From Planctomycetia bacterium (lineage in GTDB: Bacteria > Planctomycetota > Phycisphaerae > Phycisphaerales > SM1A02), in assembly GCA_005789005.1 (NCBI GenBank), contig SYAD01000141.1, forward strand, positions 1 to 56,792: DNA of 56,792 nucleotides, given 5' to 3'. Shown here piece after piece: positions 1-9,621 of this stretch. Every line of letters begins with the position of its first letter. The stretch's first letter is position 1. The translations under genes were made by a program, and so were the position numbers. The notes under the pieces are model-generated. The model made no database searches. It was not told the DNA's origin and worked only from the letters and a program-made list of their open reading frames with translations.

Positions 1-322
1 CAGCGCCTTGAACTTTTGCAATGACAGGAATCGAAAGTTTGCGCAAACCCAAACCAACACGCGCGAGACCATGCAGCATGAGTCCCATTTTTTTTGCGTC
101 GTTTAAAACGCCACGAAGATCCATGCCGGCGCAAAATGATTTTCCATTACCCGAAAGAACAAGAACACGGGCGGCGGAATTGGACGCAACCGTAGCCACG
201 GCGTGTTCAAGTTGCTCAATCAATTCAAAATGAAGAGCGTTGCGGGCATCGGGGCGATTGAGTGAAATTTCAACAACACCGGCGGTGTGCGTGGAAGAAT
301 TGATGTGAACCAACTCGTTCAT
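1..322 (-). CDS. enoyl-CoA hydratase/isomerase (crotonase) family protein, N-terminal part; gene runs off the window edge
   Basis: Reverse translation from ATG (complement of 320-322) gives MNELVHINSSTHTAGVVEISLNRPDARNALHFELIEQL...VLVLSGNGKSFCAGMDLRGV, the typical crotonase N-terminus and oxyanion-hole motif. Not in the ORF track because it is open at the edge. Confidence 0.7.
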   Translation of the reverse strand, partial: MNELVHINSSTHTAGVVEISLNRPDARNALHFELIEQLEHAVATVASNSAARVLVLSGNGKSFCAGMDLRGVLNDAKKMGLMLHGLARVGLGLRKLSIPVIAKVQGA

Positions 323-340
323 ACTTTGAAGGGTAGCGAA

Positions 341-1294
341 CTAAAAGCGTTGCTTCCAAACAGCCGCAACACGATCAACGCTCTCTGTGCCGCCAACACC
401 TGAACTACTGGCCGAAAGAGCCGACGTGCGATTTGTGTGGTGTGAAATTGGATCAAGTTTTTGTAGCCAACACTTGGTTGTCAACAGAGCGTGTGGACCC
501 TTTGCTAGCAGTGTGTGTATGAGATTGGAGGTTTCTTGAGCCAATGATTTTTGGTGATTGCTGGAATCCACTTGCCCCACAATGTTTGTGTTGACAGAGC
601 GAGCACCAGCTAAATGAGATGCGAAACCTAGTTCAAACGCGCGCGCGCCATTTATAAATTGACCGCCCAACAATAACTCACGCGCCGCACCCAAACCCAT
701 ACGTGAGGAAAGTGTTGGAGCGCTTATTGCCGGAGATAAGCCGATGGCGTGGGTTGGATATCCAAACTTGGCATCGGGCGTTGCAACGACAAAGTCACAG
801 GACGAGACCAGTGCGCAACCACCGGCGAGCGCCGCGCCCGACACCGCCGCAATAGTGATGGCTGGCAATTGGGAAATAATTTCAACACATTGATGAAGCC
901 GCTGTAAATAGCGAGCCAGCACGGGCTGCGCTTTGTCCGCGTCATTGGCCACGGAGCGAAGATCAAATCCCGCGCAGAAAGACGGGCCGTTGGCGCAAAG
1001 AACAACAATACGCGTGGTGGAATTATCCAACGCTTTGTGTGTGTGGGTGAATTGATTTGTGATTTTTTCACCAAAGACCGCGGAATTATTTTCCTTGCTG
1101 AATGGATTTGCAGCGCAGTTTTTTTGAATGTCGTTCAGCGCGTTCTCAAGCGCGGTGAACATTTCGTCACCAAGCGGGTTGCGACGATCTGGATCATTGA
1201 GCGTGATTGTGGCCACAGATCGCGACGATTTGTTGTCGTTTAAACCACTTGAATATTCCAGTAGAAGAAGAGGCTTGTGCGCAGGCAAAGTCAC
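341..1294 (-). CDS. enoyl-CoA hydratase/isomerase family protein
   Basis: ITLNDPDRRNPLGDEMF...VVLCANGPSFCAGFDLRSV crotonase motifs. I prefer the GTG at 1294, which forms a GTGA overlap with the stop of the upstream phosphatase gene, over the track start at 1360, which would overlap that gene by 70 nt. Confidence 0.8.
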   Translation of the reverse strand: MTLPAHKPLLLLEYSSGLNDNKSSRSVATITLNDPDRRNPLGDEMFTALENALNDIQKNCAANPFSKENNSAVFGEKITNQFTHTHKALDNSTTRIVVLCANGPSFCAGFDLRSVANDADKAQPVLARYLQRLHQCVEIISQLPAITIAAVSGAALAGGCALVSSCDFVVATPDAKFGYPTHAIGLSPAISAPTLSSRMGLGAARELLLGGQFINGARAFELGFASHLAGARSVNTNIVGQVDSSNHQKSLAQETSNLIHTLLAKGPHALLTTKCWLQKLDPISHHTNRTSALSASSSGVGGTESVDRVAAVWKQRF

Positions 1295-1893
1295 CGCCCA
1301 ACTCCAGGACCCGAAGGCACCGCCCCCATGCTCCAAATTACTTTGTTGACGTGCTCCCAACCAAGCACATTCACGCTGCCAGCGCGAATTGAAAAACTCC
1401 TACCGCGCGTAACTGGCAACTCAAGCCACGTTGCGATCAACACGCGCGAAAAATGTCCATGCGTGAACATGGCGATATTTCCATCGAGTGTTTCGCAGCG
1501 ATCAAGAAGTTTGACAGCGCGTTTATGCACATCCGAGAGATGCTCGCCACCCGGACAACCGTGATGCCACAAATCCCAACCTGGATTTTTTGTTGCGATT
1601 TCAAGCGATGTCCAACCCTCGTAGTCGCCGTAATCCCACTCGGCCAACAGTGGTTCAATTTGAACTTGTTTTTCCAGACCGCACAACTGCGCGGTGTGGA
1701 TCGCGCGGGTGCGTGGGCTTGAAAGAACCGTTGCAAATTGCATGGCGCTTATCCATGGCTTTAATTCAACAGCGGCCTGATTCCCACGCGCGGTGAGTGG
1801 AATATCCGTGCTGCCAGTGTGGCGTCCATTTAAACTCCACTCAGTTTCGGCGTGTCGAATGACCCAGATTTGAGGACGGGTATCGGGTTTCAT
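1291..1893 (-). CDS. histidine phosphatase (phosphoglycerate mutase-like) family protein
   Basis: N-terminal IWVIRHAETEWSLNGRHTGSTDIPLT (RHG catalytic motif) and downstream FTHGH motif. Confidence 0.8.
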   Translation of the reverse strand: MKPDTRPQIWVIRHAETEWSLNGRHTGSTDIPLTARGNQAAVELKPWISAMQFATVLSSPRTRAIHTAQLCGLEKQVQIEPLLAEWDYGDYEGWTSLEIATKNPGWDLWHHGCPGGEHLSDVHKRAVKLLDRCETLDGNIAMFTHGHFSRVLIATWLELPVTRGRSFSIRAGSVNVLGWEHVNKVIWSMGAVPSGPGVGR

Positions 1894-1898
1894 TTTTA

Positions 1899-2411
1899 TT
1901 ATTTTATGGATGGAACAACAACGGGCTTGGTTGGCGCGGGCGTTAATTTTTTGGGAGTTGGAATTGGAATTTGGCTTGGGCTTGGAAGCGCCACAAATGG
2001 ATCGCGCAGATACACAAGAACGCTTCCGTCGGTGCCCTGCAATGTCAGTTGATCTATTTCGACGCGCGGAACAAAGGATAATTCCCTGCGTTCTGGCGGC
2101 GGATCAATAATCATTTTTAAAGTACCGGCTGAAACCTTCCATGTGCCGCGTCGCACAAAATCACCCGCGCGGGCGGTCACCACGCCGCCCTCGCCTAAAG
2201 AAAGCGTGGCGCCAGCGGGGCTTTCAATTGCATCATCGGATTTCGCGGCCTTTGGGTCTTGCGCCAACGTGCTATCGCCCGGAGAAAAAATCCAGCGGCC
2301 CACAAGCTGGGGAGTTGGCGCATCAATGTTGCTGATTATTTTTGCGTTTGGCGTGGTGGCGCACGCCGAGGCGAATAAAATAAGTGTTGCAAAGACTGTG
2401 CGGTGATTCAC
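1899..2411 (-). CDS. hypothetical lipoprotein
   Basis: Signal peptide with lipobox (TLILFASAC). No recognisable catalytic motif. Confidence 0.55.
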   Translation of the reverse strand: MNHRTVFATLILFASACATTPNAKIISNIDAPTPQLVGRWIFSPGDSTLAQDPKAAKSDDAIESPAGATLSLGEGGVVTARAGDFVRRGTWKVSAGTLKMIIDPPPERRELSFVPRVEIDQLTLQGTDGSVLVYLRDPFVALPSPSQIPIPTPKKLTPAPTKPVVVPSIK

Positions 2412-2525
2412 GCAGGCATCTTACGAGCAAGCGGCATGAGTTGCGACTATTTAAAAACTACACACCATATTTTCTGTATGAATAGTTTGTGATGGAGATC
2501 TAAGACGCCACACATATGCGCAGTC

Positions 2526-4517
2526 TTAAAGCAAGGGAAGGTGAATATCCAAGCGGTACGCGAAAGCCCGAAGCAACAACAACTCTTGGGTGTTGTAAAC
2601 GTTGTCGGCTGCGGCGACACACACAAGCGCCTTGGCAAGAAGCTGTCGGTCGCTTGGAGCAAGAGCATCTAGGCCTTCAAGCGAAATATGCAGAGCGTCA
2701 AGCGCGCATTCTGCCGCGGATGGAAATGCGAGCGCATTCAATTCACACGCGGCGGCCCCAAGATCAAATGCGCGGGCGGAATGATCCGAACCACCAGCAC
2801 GAGCCAACGTTCCCAGCACAATCCGCATTTCTTGGGAGCATTCTTGCATGGAACGAGTTGGTTTTTTTTGCGACATCGCGCCAAATCGAGTTTCAATTCT
2901 TCGGGTCAGAACAATTCGCGTCATCCACTCGAATAAATCAATTTGACTATCGGAGCGCATGGCGGCGGTGAGCGTGGTGCGAAACGCGACATATTGTTGC
3001 TTGGTCAACTGGGTTAATGTTGGAACACAAAGATCAAGCACAACCAAGCGAATTTCATCAGGCAACTCCAACGTGCTTGAAGCGAGTCGATCCCAACATG
3101 CGACCACAGATTCACCAAGCTGTTTCAGCGCGAGCGCGCGAACCTGATCTCGATTTTTATTTTTAGGATCAGTCACAAGCAGCAACAAAACCGCCTGGAC
3201 ATCCAGTGGTTCACGAGCCGCGACCTGCACGGCCTCGGGAATTTTTTTCAATAACATGCGCGCTCCATCAAGTGATTCTTGTGGAACAACCTTGGACAGG
3301 GTCGCCTGAAAAACATCGTCGCGCGTTAGTGGTCGGCCATCCGCGTGTCTTGCCACGTGAAAATCTGGACGGGGTTCTTGGAGATTTTTTACCGAATCCA
3401 CCGACACACGCGTGCCTACATCACCCACAAATCCAGCCGCCAAATTGCCAGAATTAGAAATTGCACCGATTGAATCCATCGGCGTTGCGCCCGAAGATTG
3501 GCCAACAACATCGTTGATAAATCCACCGTGCTCAATGCGGTGAATGCGCTCAGGAAGCGGAGGGTGGGTGGAAAGCCAAGAGTTGATTGACTTAGAAAAA
3601 AAGAAATGATTTAAACCCGACGCCGCGGGAGATTGAATTGGCGTGAAAGGCAGGCCACCAATTTTGCGAAGCGCCGACGCGATGCCTGTGGGATTTCTGG
3701 AGTATTGAACGGCCGATGCGTCCGCAAGAAACTCACGTTGGCGGCTTACGGCGGCTTGTAGAAGTCGCCCAAAGAATGCACCAATTCCACCGACAATAAG
3801 CAGGCCAAGGCCAACCGCAACAAACGCAAGCGCCGCGCCGCCACGATCATCTTTTTTGCTGGACATGCGCGGGGCGGTGGCTATTCGGCCCGCAACCTGA
3901 AGCATGACGCGTCCAATAAGGGCGATCAACATCACACCAGCCACCACGCACGCAATACGCAAATTCAGACGCGTGTCTTTATGCGCGACATGGCTGAACT
4001 CGTGTCCCGTTACGCCCTGCAATTCATCGCGATTCAGTTGGGTGATGGCCCCTCGGGTAAAACCGAGAACCGCGTCTTGTGGATTTTTCCCCGCCGCAAA
4101 TGCGTTGATCGAATCCTCTTGCAAAATATAAATTGGCGGAACAGGCATGCCGCTGGCGATCGCCATTTCGTCCACAACATCGCGCAGCTTTTGTTCGTCC
4201 GCGTTTTCGGTGGCGCCTTGCAGCGGCTGACCACCAAGAGCCTCGGCCACGGATTTTCCGGTGCCACCAAGGCGAAGGCGCTGCACACCCGCGCCAAGAA
4301 ATATAATCAGGCAGACCGCGCCGGTGATCTCCATAAAAATTTGTGGGTTCCACCAAATTTCCGCGCCCTTTGCGCCGCGATCTTGCGCTTGTGGAACAAT
4401 CACAAACAGGGCGAGCCCGTAAAAACTGAGCGCCACGCACGCAATTGACAATAGAAAAAGAACCACAAGCCAAGTTGTGCGCCGCCTGGCTTGGTCTTGT
4501 TGTTCAAAAAAATTCAT
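2526..4517 (-). CDS. M48-family (HtpX-like) zinc metallopeptidase with ~300-aa C-terminal extension
   Basis: N-terminal TM helices, HEFSHVAHKD (HExxH) motif and further TM segments. Sits directly downstream of LemA, a common pairing. Confidence 0.8.
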   Translation of the reverse strand: MNFFEQQDQARRRTTWLVVLFLLSIACVALSFYGLALFVIVPQAQDRGAKGAEIWWNPQIFMEITGAVCLIIFLGAGVQRLRLGGTGKSVAEALGGQPLQGATENADEQKLRDVVDEMAIASGMPVPPIYILQEDSINAFAAGKNPQDAVLGFTRGAITQLNRDELQGVTGHEFSHVAHKDTRLNLRIACVVAGVMLIALIGRVMLQVAGRIATAPRMSSKKDDRGGAALAFVAVGLGLLIVGGIGAFFGRLLQAAVSRQREFLADASAVQYSRNPTGIASALRKIGGLPFTPIQSPAASGLNHFFFSKSINSWLSTHPPLPERIHRIEHGGFINDVVGQSSGATPMDSIGAISNSGNLAAGFVGDVGTRVSVDSVKNLQEPRPDFHVARHADGRPLTRDDVFQATLSKVVPQESLDGARMLLKKIPEAVQVAAREPLDVQAVLLLLVTDPKNKNRDQVRALALKQLGESVVACWDRLASSTLELPDEIRLVVLDLCVPTLTQLTKQQYVAFRTTLTAAMRSDSQIDLFEWMTRIVLTRRIETRFGAMSQKKPTRSMQECSQEMRIVLGTLARAGGSDHSARAFDLGAAACELNALAFPSAAECALDALHISLEGLDALAPSDRQLLAKALVCVAAADNVYNTQELLLLRAFAYRLDIHLPLL

Positions 4518-4647
4518 TCGCGGACCTGGGCAAAGGACACCGACAAACGCAACTCGCGCGATTTAAATTGCCGTGAGAATTTATTTACGCCTTGGAACAA
4601 TTGCGCAGCGCCGGAAACGTGAAACAGAGATTTGAATATCCATTGCA

Positions 4648-5265
4648 TCATGACATTCGTGCGGAAGGAACCGCGCGCGAATCCTCCGAGGTTGTCCAAA
4701 GCTCGGCGCGCTGAAATCTAAAAACACCCGCGACCAAATTTCCTGGAAACGTGACCACGCCCTCGTTGTAGCGCATCACCGCGTCGTTGAACGCTTGGCG
4801 AGCGAACGCAACTCGATTTTCCGTAGTGACTAATTCTTCCTGAAGCGAATTAAATTGAGCGCTGGCTTTTAAATCTGGATACGCCTCCACGCGCGCGAAC
4901 AATCCGCGCAATGCGCCACCCAAAGCCATGGACGCGGTGGATAGCGCGCGTATAGCGCCAAAATTTCCAGCCGAAGCCTCGCCTGCCGCCGCGTTCACAT
5001 CGCCGCGCGCGCGAATAACCGCCTCCAATGTCGCGCGCTCGTGCTGCATGTAGCCCTTCACAACTTCGATCAGGTTGGGAATTAAATCAGAGCGTCGTCG
5101 CAATTGCACATCGATTTGACTAAACGCGTTGGCCACTCGCACGCGCCGAACCGCAAGCCCGTTGTACAAAACAATCAAAGTGATCAGAGCGATAAACGCC
5201 ACAACGCCACATCCAAACACAATCCCAAAACTGGTGAATGCCGCGAGCGTCATCATTGAAACCAT
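4648..5265 (-). CDS. lemA: LemA family membrane protein
   Basis: Single N-terminal TM followed by YNGLAVRRVRVANAFSQIDVQLRRRSDLIPNLIEVVKGYMQHE, a typical LemA signature. Start moved to ATG 5265, just before the TM helix. Confidence 0.85.
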   Translation of the reverse strand: MVSMMTLAAFTSFGIVFGCGVVAFIALITLIVLYNGLAVRRVRVANAFSQIDVQLRRRSDLIPNLIEVVKGYMQHERATLEAVIRARGDVNAAAGEASAGNFGAIRALSTASMALGGALRGLFARVEAYPDLKASAQFNSLQEELVTTENRVAFARQAFNDAVMRYNEGVVTFPGNLVAGVFRFQRAELWTTSEDSRAVPSARMS

Positions 5266-5315
5266 TATGACCACTTTTATTTTGTTGACACGCCCCGAAC
5301 ACAAGCCTGTTTGGT

Positions 5316-5912
5316 TTATAAATTTGCGCGCTCGCCCACATGCGCTTTCAGCTTTGCGCCCACAAGACACGCCACCTCTTCAATGGCGGCGGCAAGATCA
5401 TCATTGATCACAAACGCGTTGTAAACACCATTCTCTCGGGCGCGTTGCATTTCAATGGTTGATTCACAAAAGCGCCGCTGTATGGAGGCTTCGTCCTCGC
5501 GGCCGCGTAAACGCAGGCGCGCCAACAGCGATTCCTCGCTGGGCGGCAGAATAAAAATTCCAAGCATGTCGGAATATTTGTCGCGCACCAGTTCGGCGCC
5601 TTGGACATCGATATCAAGCACAGCCAACTCGCCCCGCGCCAACGCCGCATCAACGGGTTGCCGCGGTGTTCCATACCAACTGCGGCCAAACACTTGCGCA
5701 AATTCAATGAACAATTTTTGATCGATCATTTGTTGAAAAACTTCAGGCGTGACAAATGAATAGTCCACGCCATTTTTTTCATCGTTTGTTGGCGCGCGCG
5801 TGGTGGCGCTCACGCTGAAGTGTCCGCCAAAGCGCCGAAGCATTTCATGCGCGATCGTGGTCTTGCCAACGCCCGAAGGGCCACTAAGAACCAAAAGTAA
5901 TCCTGCTGCCAT
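5316..5912 (-). CDS. gmk: guanylate kinase
   Basis: P-loop LVLSGPSGVGKTT, SATTR, and the length and pattern of Gmk. Confidence 0.9.
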   Translation of the reverse strand: MAAGLLLVLSGPSGVGKTTIAHEMLRRFGGHFSVSATTRAPTNDEKNGVDYSFVTPEVFQQMIDQKLFIEFAQVFGRSWYGTPRQPVDAALARGELAVLDIDVQGAELVRDKYSDMLGIFILPPSEESLLARLRLRGREDEASIQRRFCESTIEMQRARENGVYNAFVINDDLAAAIEEVACLVGAKLKAHVGERANL

Positions 5913-6110
5913 AGAGCGATGCTACGGAGCGCGCGGGAAATTTGGAAACAGCGATTATTTTAGGCAATTCTTAAGCGATTTAAATGAAGCCACTGCGGAA
6001 ATGACAAACTAAAACACCACAACACACTCAAGTTGATATCACACAGGCGCGAATCGCACCAAACAAAAATCAACGGTGTGTTGGCAAATGAATTTCTACG
6101 CGCGCTCAAT

Positions 6111-6431
6111 CTACGGCACGGCCTTTCTTCTTCTTTGGCCTTGAAATTGTTGATACAGCTTCAACACCGTCTTGTCTGGAAGGGCCGTGCGCCAACGAGG
6201 TCCATATTGATCATTCATATTTTGCGCGAACGCCCACTCTTCTTGCACGGTGTGCGACAACGGTTTTTTCCACCACGGCAAACCAACACCCACATGCGAA
6301 TCAGCACTGCCAGCGCTGGACGCCACGCCAGAGGGGCGCGACACCATGCCTGCGGCCACCGTGCCGGCCGCGCAAATCAACACCAGAAAAATAATTCGTG
6401 TTTTGCGTTGGATATTTAAGCACCGAGACAT
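6111..6431 (-). CDS. hypothetical small membrane-anchored or exported protein
   Basis: ORF with a hydrophobic N-terminal segment (IIFLVLICAAGTVAAGMV). Overlaps the stop of the upstream HTH gene by 16 nt. No homology recognised, and coding status is uncertain. Confidence 0.3.
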   Translation of the reverse strand: MSRCLNIQRKTRIIFLVLICAAGTVAAGMVSRPSGVASSAGSADSHVGVGLPWWKKPLSHTVQEEWAFAQNMNDQYGPRWRTALPDKTVLKLYQQFQGQRRRKAVP

Positions 6432-7660
6432 TGCGCGCCTCCTTGCGGATCTAAAAATTTTGCTTCCCGAAGAATGCGCCAACCTGCGGCGCGGAAGTTT
6501 GGAAATCGCCCCATGGTTCCCGTAAGAATGCGAACCTCCTCGTTATCAAGCACCCACGGCTCGTTGTCCAATCGCTCGTGTCTTTCCAAATCCATTTGAA
6601 ACGCGCGCTCGCGCAAACTCCAATTTTCCAAACGATCCGCGATTTCCATGGCCTTGTTGGTGAAGATGGCCATGGACAACGAAATATCCTCTTCACCTAA
6701 ATGGCGTAGAGCCACATTGCAACCAAAGATGCACCACCACCCCCAGCTTTCAAGCCACTCGCCGGGCGCGTGGGCGGCAACATCAACCACACGATCAAGC
6801 GCCACGGTGAGGCGTTGCAAAACATCCTTGGGCGAAAGATCGCCAAGCACCGCCTCTATTTCCAACAGACCACCACGACACGTGTTGGCCACCGCCGCAT
6901 ATCGATCATCAGCGAATGTGTCGGCAAGATCCTCGTATTCCCTGAGTGCTTGCGACAAATCCGCGTGGGCGCGACGCGCGTGTGTTTGCGCCAAATCACT
7001 TTCAACACAAATCAATCTACGAAAACTATTTCCGCGCACATAGTGCGCAAAAGCGTGGCACACACGCTCGCGCCGCTCCGTCATGGTGGTTGATTCAAGC
7101 AACTCAAGCACTTCACGCGCGGCCGAGCGGCTTTCCGTGAGATTCCAAACAGCGTAATGGGCATTGGCCAAATTCACGGTGAGCATGAGGCGCAAACCCG
7201 AAGGAATTCCACGCTCCGAAAGAGCCGCCTGCAAACACGGCAAACTTTTGTTGTATTGACCCATGCCGTCATATGCGCCCGCGCAACGATTGCAAGCCAA
7301 CGCGCGCTCGCTTGGAGTTTTTGAAACCAGGATCATTTGCTTGGATATGTCCGCCATTTTTCGATAGTCACCTGATCGATGCGCCGCGAGGGCCTGCGCA
7401 TCAAGGGATGAAAAATCACCATCGCAAAGCGGCACATCTTCGCTGGTCCACACACCATCAATCACATCGCCCACCGTCCAATCCAAAGCTTCGGCGATGC
7501 CCACCAATAAATCCAATTTTGGATTGCCACTCGGCGGCAATAATTTTCCTGGATCACGACCCAACGCGCGCGCAACTTCTCCACGCGACCAACCCCGATA
7601 CACCTTGGCTAAATCGATAAATTTCGCCAAACGCTCGCGCCGATCTTCGGCTGTTCGCAT
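6416..7660 (-). CDS. XRE-type helix-turn-helix protein with large alpha-helical (TPR-like?) C-terminal domain
   Basis: N-terminus RERLAKFIDLAKVYRGWSRGEVARALGRDPGKL...LDLLVGIAEALDWTVGDVI resembles an HTH_XRE domain. Start set at ATG 7660. Confidence 0.65.
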   Translation of the reverse strand: MRTAEDRRERLAKFIDLAKVYRGWSRGEVARALGRDPGKLLPPSGNPKLDLLVGIAEALDWTVGDVIDGVWTSEDVPLCDGDFSSLDAQALAAHRSGDYRKMADISKQMILVSKTPSERALACNRCAGAYDGMGQYNKSLPCLQAALSERGIPSGLRLMLTVNLANAHYAVWNLTESRSAAREVLELLESTTMTERRERVCHAFAHYVRGNSFRRLICVESDLAQTHARRAHADLSQALREYEDLADTFADDRYAAVANTCRGGLLEIEAVLGDLSPKDVLQRLTVALDRVVDVAAHAPGEWLESWGWWCIFGCNVALRHLGEEDISLSMAIFTNKAMEIADRLENWSLRERAFQMDLERHERLDNEPWVLDNEEVRILTGTMGRFPNFRAAGWRILREAKFLDPQGGAQCLGA

Positions 7661-7985
7661 TATGTCCAATCCTTTTGTCAGCCCCACGTGACCGACACAC
7701 CGCATCTACACAACAGGATGTTGACACATGTTTTGGTGGTTTCAAAATGAATGGTTCAAATTCATCGTTATTACTAACTTAAATTTAGAACACGAAAAAA
7801 TCGGCCGGCAATCTAAAACCATTAACCACTTATAAACAATACGGATAAATAAACCCTAAACAGAGGTTCATAAAGTGGACAACCCGTTGGCAAGATGGAC
7901 ATGAGTGGTTTGTCCATCAGGCAAAAATGTATTGGCCGAACAAACAAATCCCGTCGATCAAAAACACAGCCGTGACCCGCGCGAT

Positions 7986-9476
7986 TTATCCGTGAATCAC
8001 GCGGCCCTCGGAGGCAAGAGCGGCCTCATGGATACTTTCAGCCATGGTGGGATGCGCATGCACCGTGGAAATAATGTCCTCGATAGTGGCTTCAAGCCGC
8101 TTGGCGATACAAATTTCATGGATCAATTCGCTGGCGTCCTCGCCAAAAATATGCGCGCCCAAAATTTCGCCGTACGGCTTGCTTGCGATCAGTTTCACAA
8201 GACCTTCCGTGGCGCCAACCGCGATCGCCTTACCGTGCGCCTTAAGTGGATATTTTCCAACCGTGTATGACAAACCCTTAGCTTTCACGTCGCGCTCGGT
8301 CATGCCCACGCTTGCGACTTGCGGATTGCAATACGTCGCGCCAGGAATACTGGCGTAATCCACGCCCAAAGTGTGGTGGCCCATGAATCGCTCAACACAA
8401 GCCACGGCCTCTTCGCTTGCAACGTGCGCAAGCCACGGTGGACCAATCACGTCACCAATCGCGTACACGCCGGGCAAGCTTGTTTGATACGTGGGCTCGG
8501 ATTTTTCCGTGTAGTCCGTCCATATATGTCCACGCGCCGGACCCGCGTTCCACATTTTCAAACCAAGCGACGCGTCGCACAATCCTTCCACGCGCGCGCG
8601 CACGCCAGCGGCGACAAGAACCACTTCGCACTCCAAAACTTTTTTGCTGCCATCCTTCACGCTTTCAACGGTGACCTTGGCGCCACTTGCGCCCTTGTCC
8701 ACGGAAGCCGCTTTGTGCCCGGTAAGAAACTGAATGCCTTGCTTCTCAAATGATTTTTGAGCGGCGGCGCAAATGTCGTCATCTTCCACGGGAAGAATGC
8801 GATCTTGCATTTCAATCACGGTGACCTTGGTGCCGAACGAGTTGTAGAAATATGCAAACTCCATGCCGATCGCGCCGGAGCCAATGATCACCATGCTCGC
8901 TGGTTTCTTGGCCAAATTCATGGCTTCATAACTGGAGATCACAACCTTGCCGTCGTTGGGAGCGAACGGAAGTTGCACAGGCTGAGCGCCAGTTGAAATA
9001 AGAATACGGTCCGCTTCTATGGTTTCACCAGCGCCATCACCTGAACCACCGTAGTACGCGCCGGTTGCCTTGCCCACCAGAATTTTGCACGGTTCATTGC
9101 CAACTTTGCCCGCGAGAATTTTTGCGTGACCCACAATGTGCTCAATTTTATTTTTCTTGAACAAGTAGGCGATACCAGAATTCAACGTGCCCGTGATGTT
9201 GCGGCTTCGACCAACAACCTTGCTCCAATCCACGGAGACATCCGTGGGCTTAAATTGAAATCCCCATTCGGCGCCGTGCGTGATCGCCTCGCGATACAAC
9301 TCGGCATTGTGCAACAACGCCTTGGTTGGAATACAACCCCAGTTCAAACACACACCACCAAGTTTGTCGCGCTCAATGCACGCCACCTTTAAACCCATCT
9401 GCGCGGCACGAATGGCGCCGACATAACCACCCGGACCGCCACCAATCACCACAAGATCAAAGCGCTTTAGGGCCAT
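7986..9476 (-). CDS. lpdA: dihydrolipoyl dehydrogenase (E3)
   Basis: FDLVVIGGGPGGY FAD motif, redox-active GGVCLNWGCIPTK disulfide, C-terminal HAHPT(M)AE dimerisation/His-Glu motif. ATG 9476 is preceded by GGAG; the alternative start is 9491. Confidence 0.9.
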   Translation of the reverse strand: MALKRFDLVVIGGGPGGYVGAIRAAQMGLKVACIERDKLGGVCLNWGCIPTKALLHNAELYREAITHGAEWGFQFKPTDVSVDWSKVVGRSRNITGTLNSGIAYLFKKNKIEHIVGHAKILAGKVGNEPCKILVGKATGAYYGGSGDGAGETIEADRILISTGAQPVQLPFAPNDGKVVISSYEAMNLAKKPASMVIIGSGAIGMEFAYFYNSFGTKVTVIEMQDRILPVEDDDICAAAQKSFEKQGIQFLTGHKAASVDKGASGAKVTVESVKDGSKKVLECEVVLVAAGVRARVEGLCDASLGLKMWNAGPARGHIWTDYTEKSEPTYQTSLPGVYAIGDVIGPPWLAHVASEEAVACVERFMGHHTLGVDYASIPGATYCNPQVASVGMTERDVKAKGLSYTVGKYPLKAHGKAIAVGATEGLVKLIASKPYGEILGAHIFGEDASELIHEICIAKRLEATIEDIISTVHAHPTMAESIHEAALASEGRVIHG

Positions 9477-9621
9477 AACTGCAATCTCCATATCGATTCA
9501 ATGTGAACAATGTGATTTCTTGGGACATCCAAGAAAATATACAAGTTTCGTATGAGAAGTTATCGTAGCGATGCTTCAGGTGTTGGGCGGGGAAGTTTCT
9601 TTTCCAAGGAAAATAGCTTTG

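Noticed and set aside
6033-6419. 128-aa plus-strand ORF upstream of or opposite the small minus-strand ORF
   Set aside because: No start context, no motifs, and it overlaps the equally weak minus-strand ORF. Neither can be supported beyond low confidence, so I listed only the one with a membrane-like N-terminus.
7895-7917. Hairpin ATGGACA-N9-TGTCCAT downstream of lpdA as an intrinsic terminator
   Set aside because: The stem is only 7 bp and AT-containing, and no U-tract follows on the lpdA strand. The evidence is too weak to annotate.
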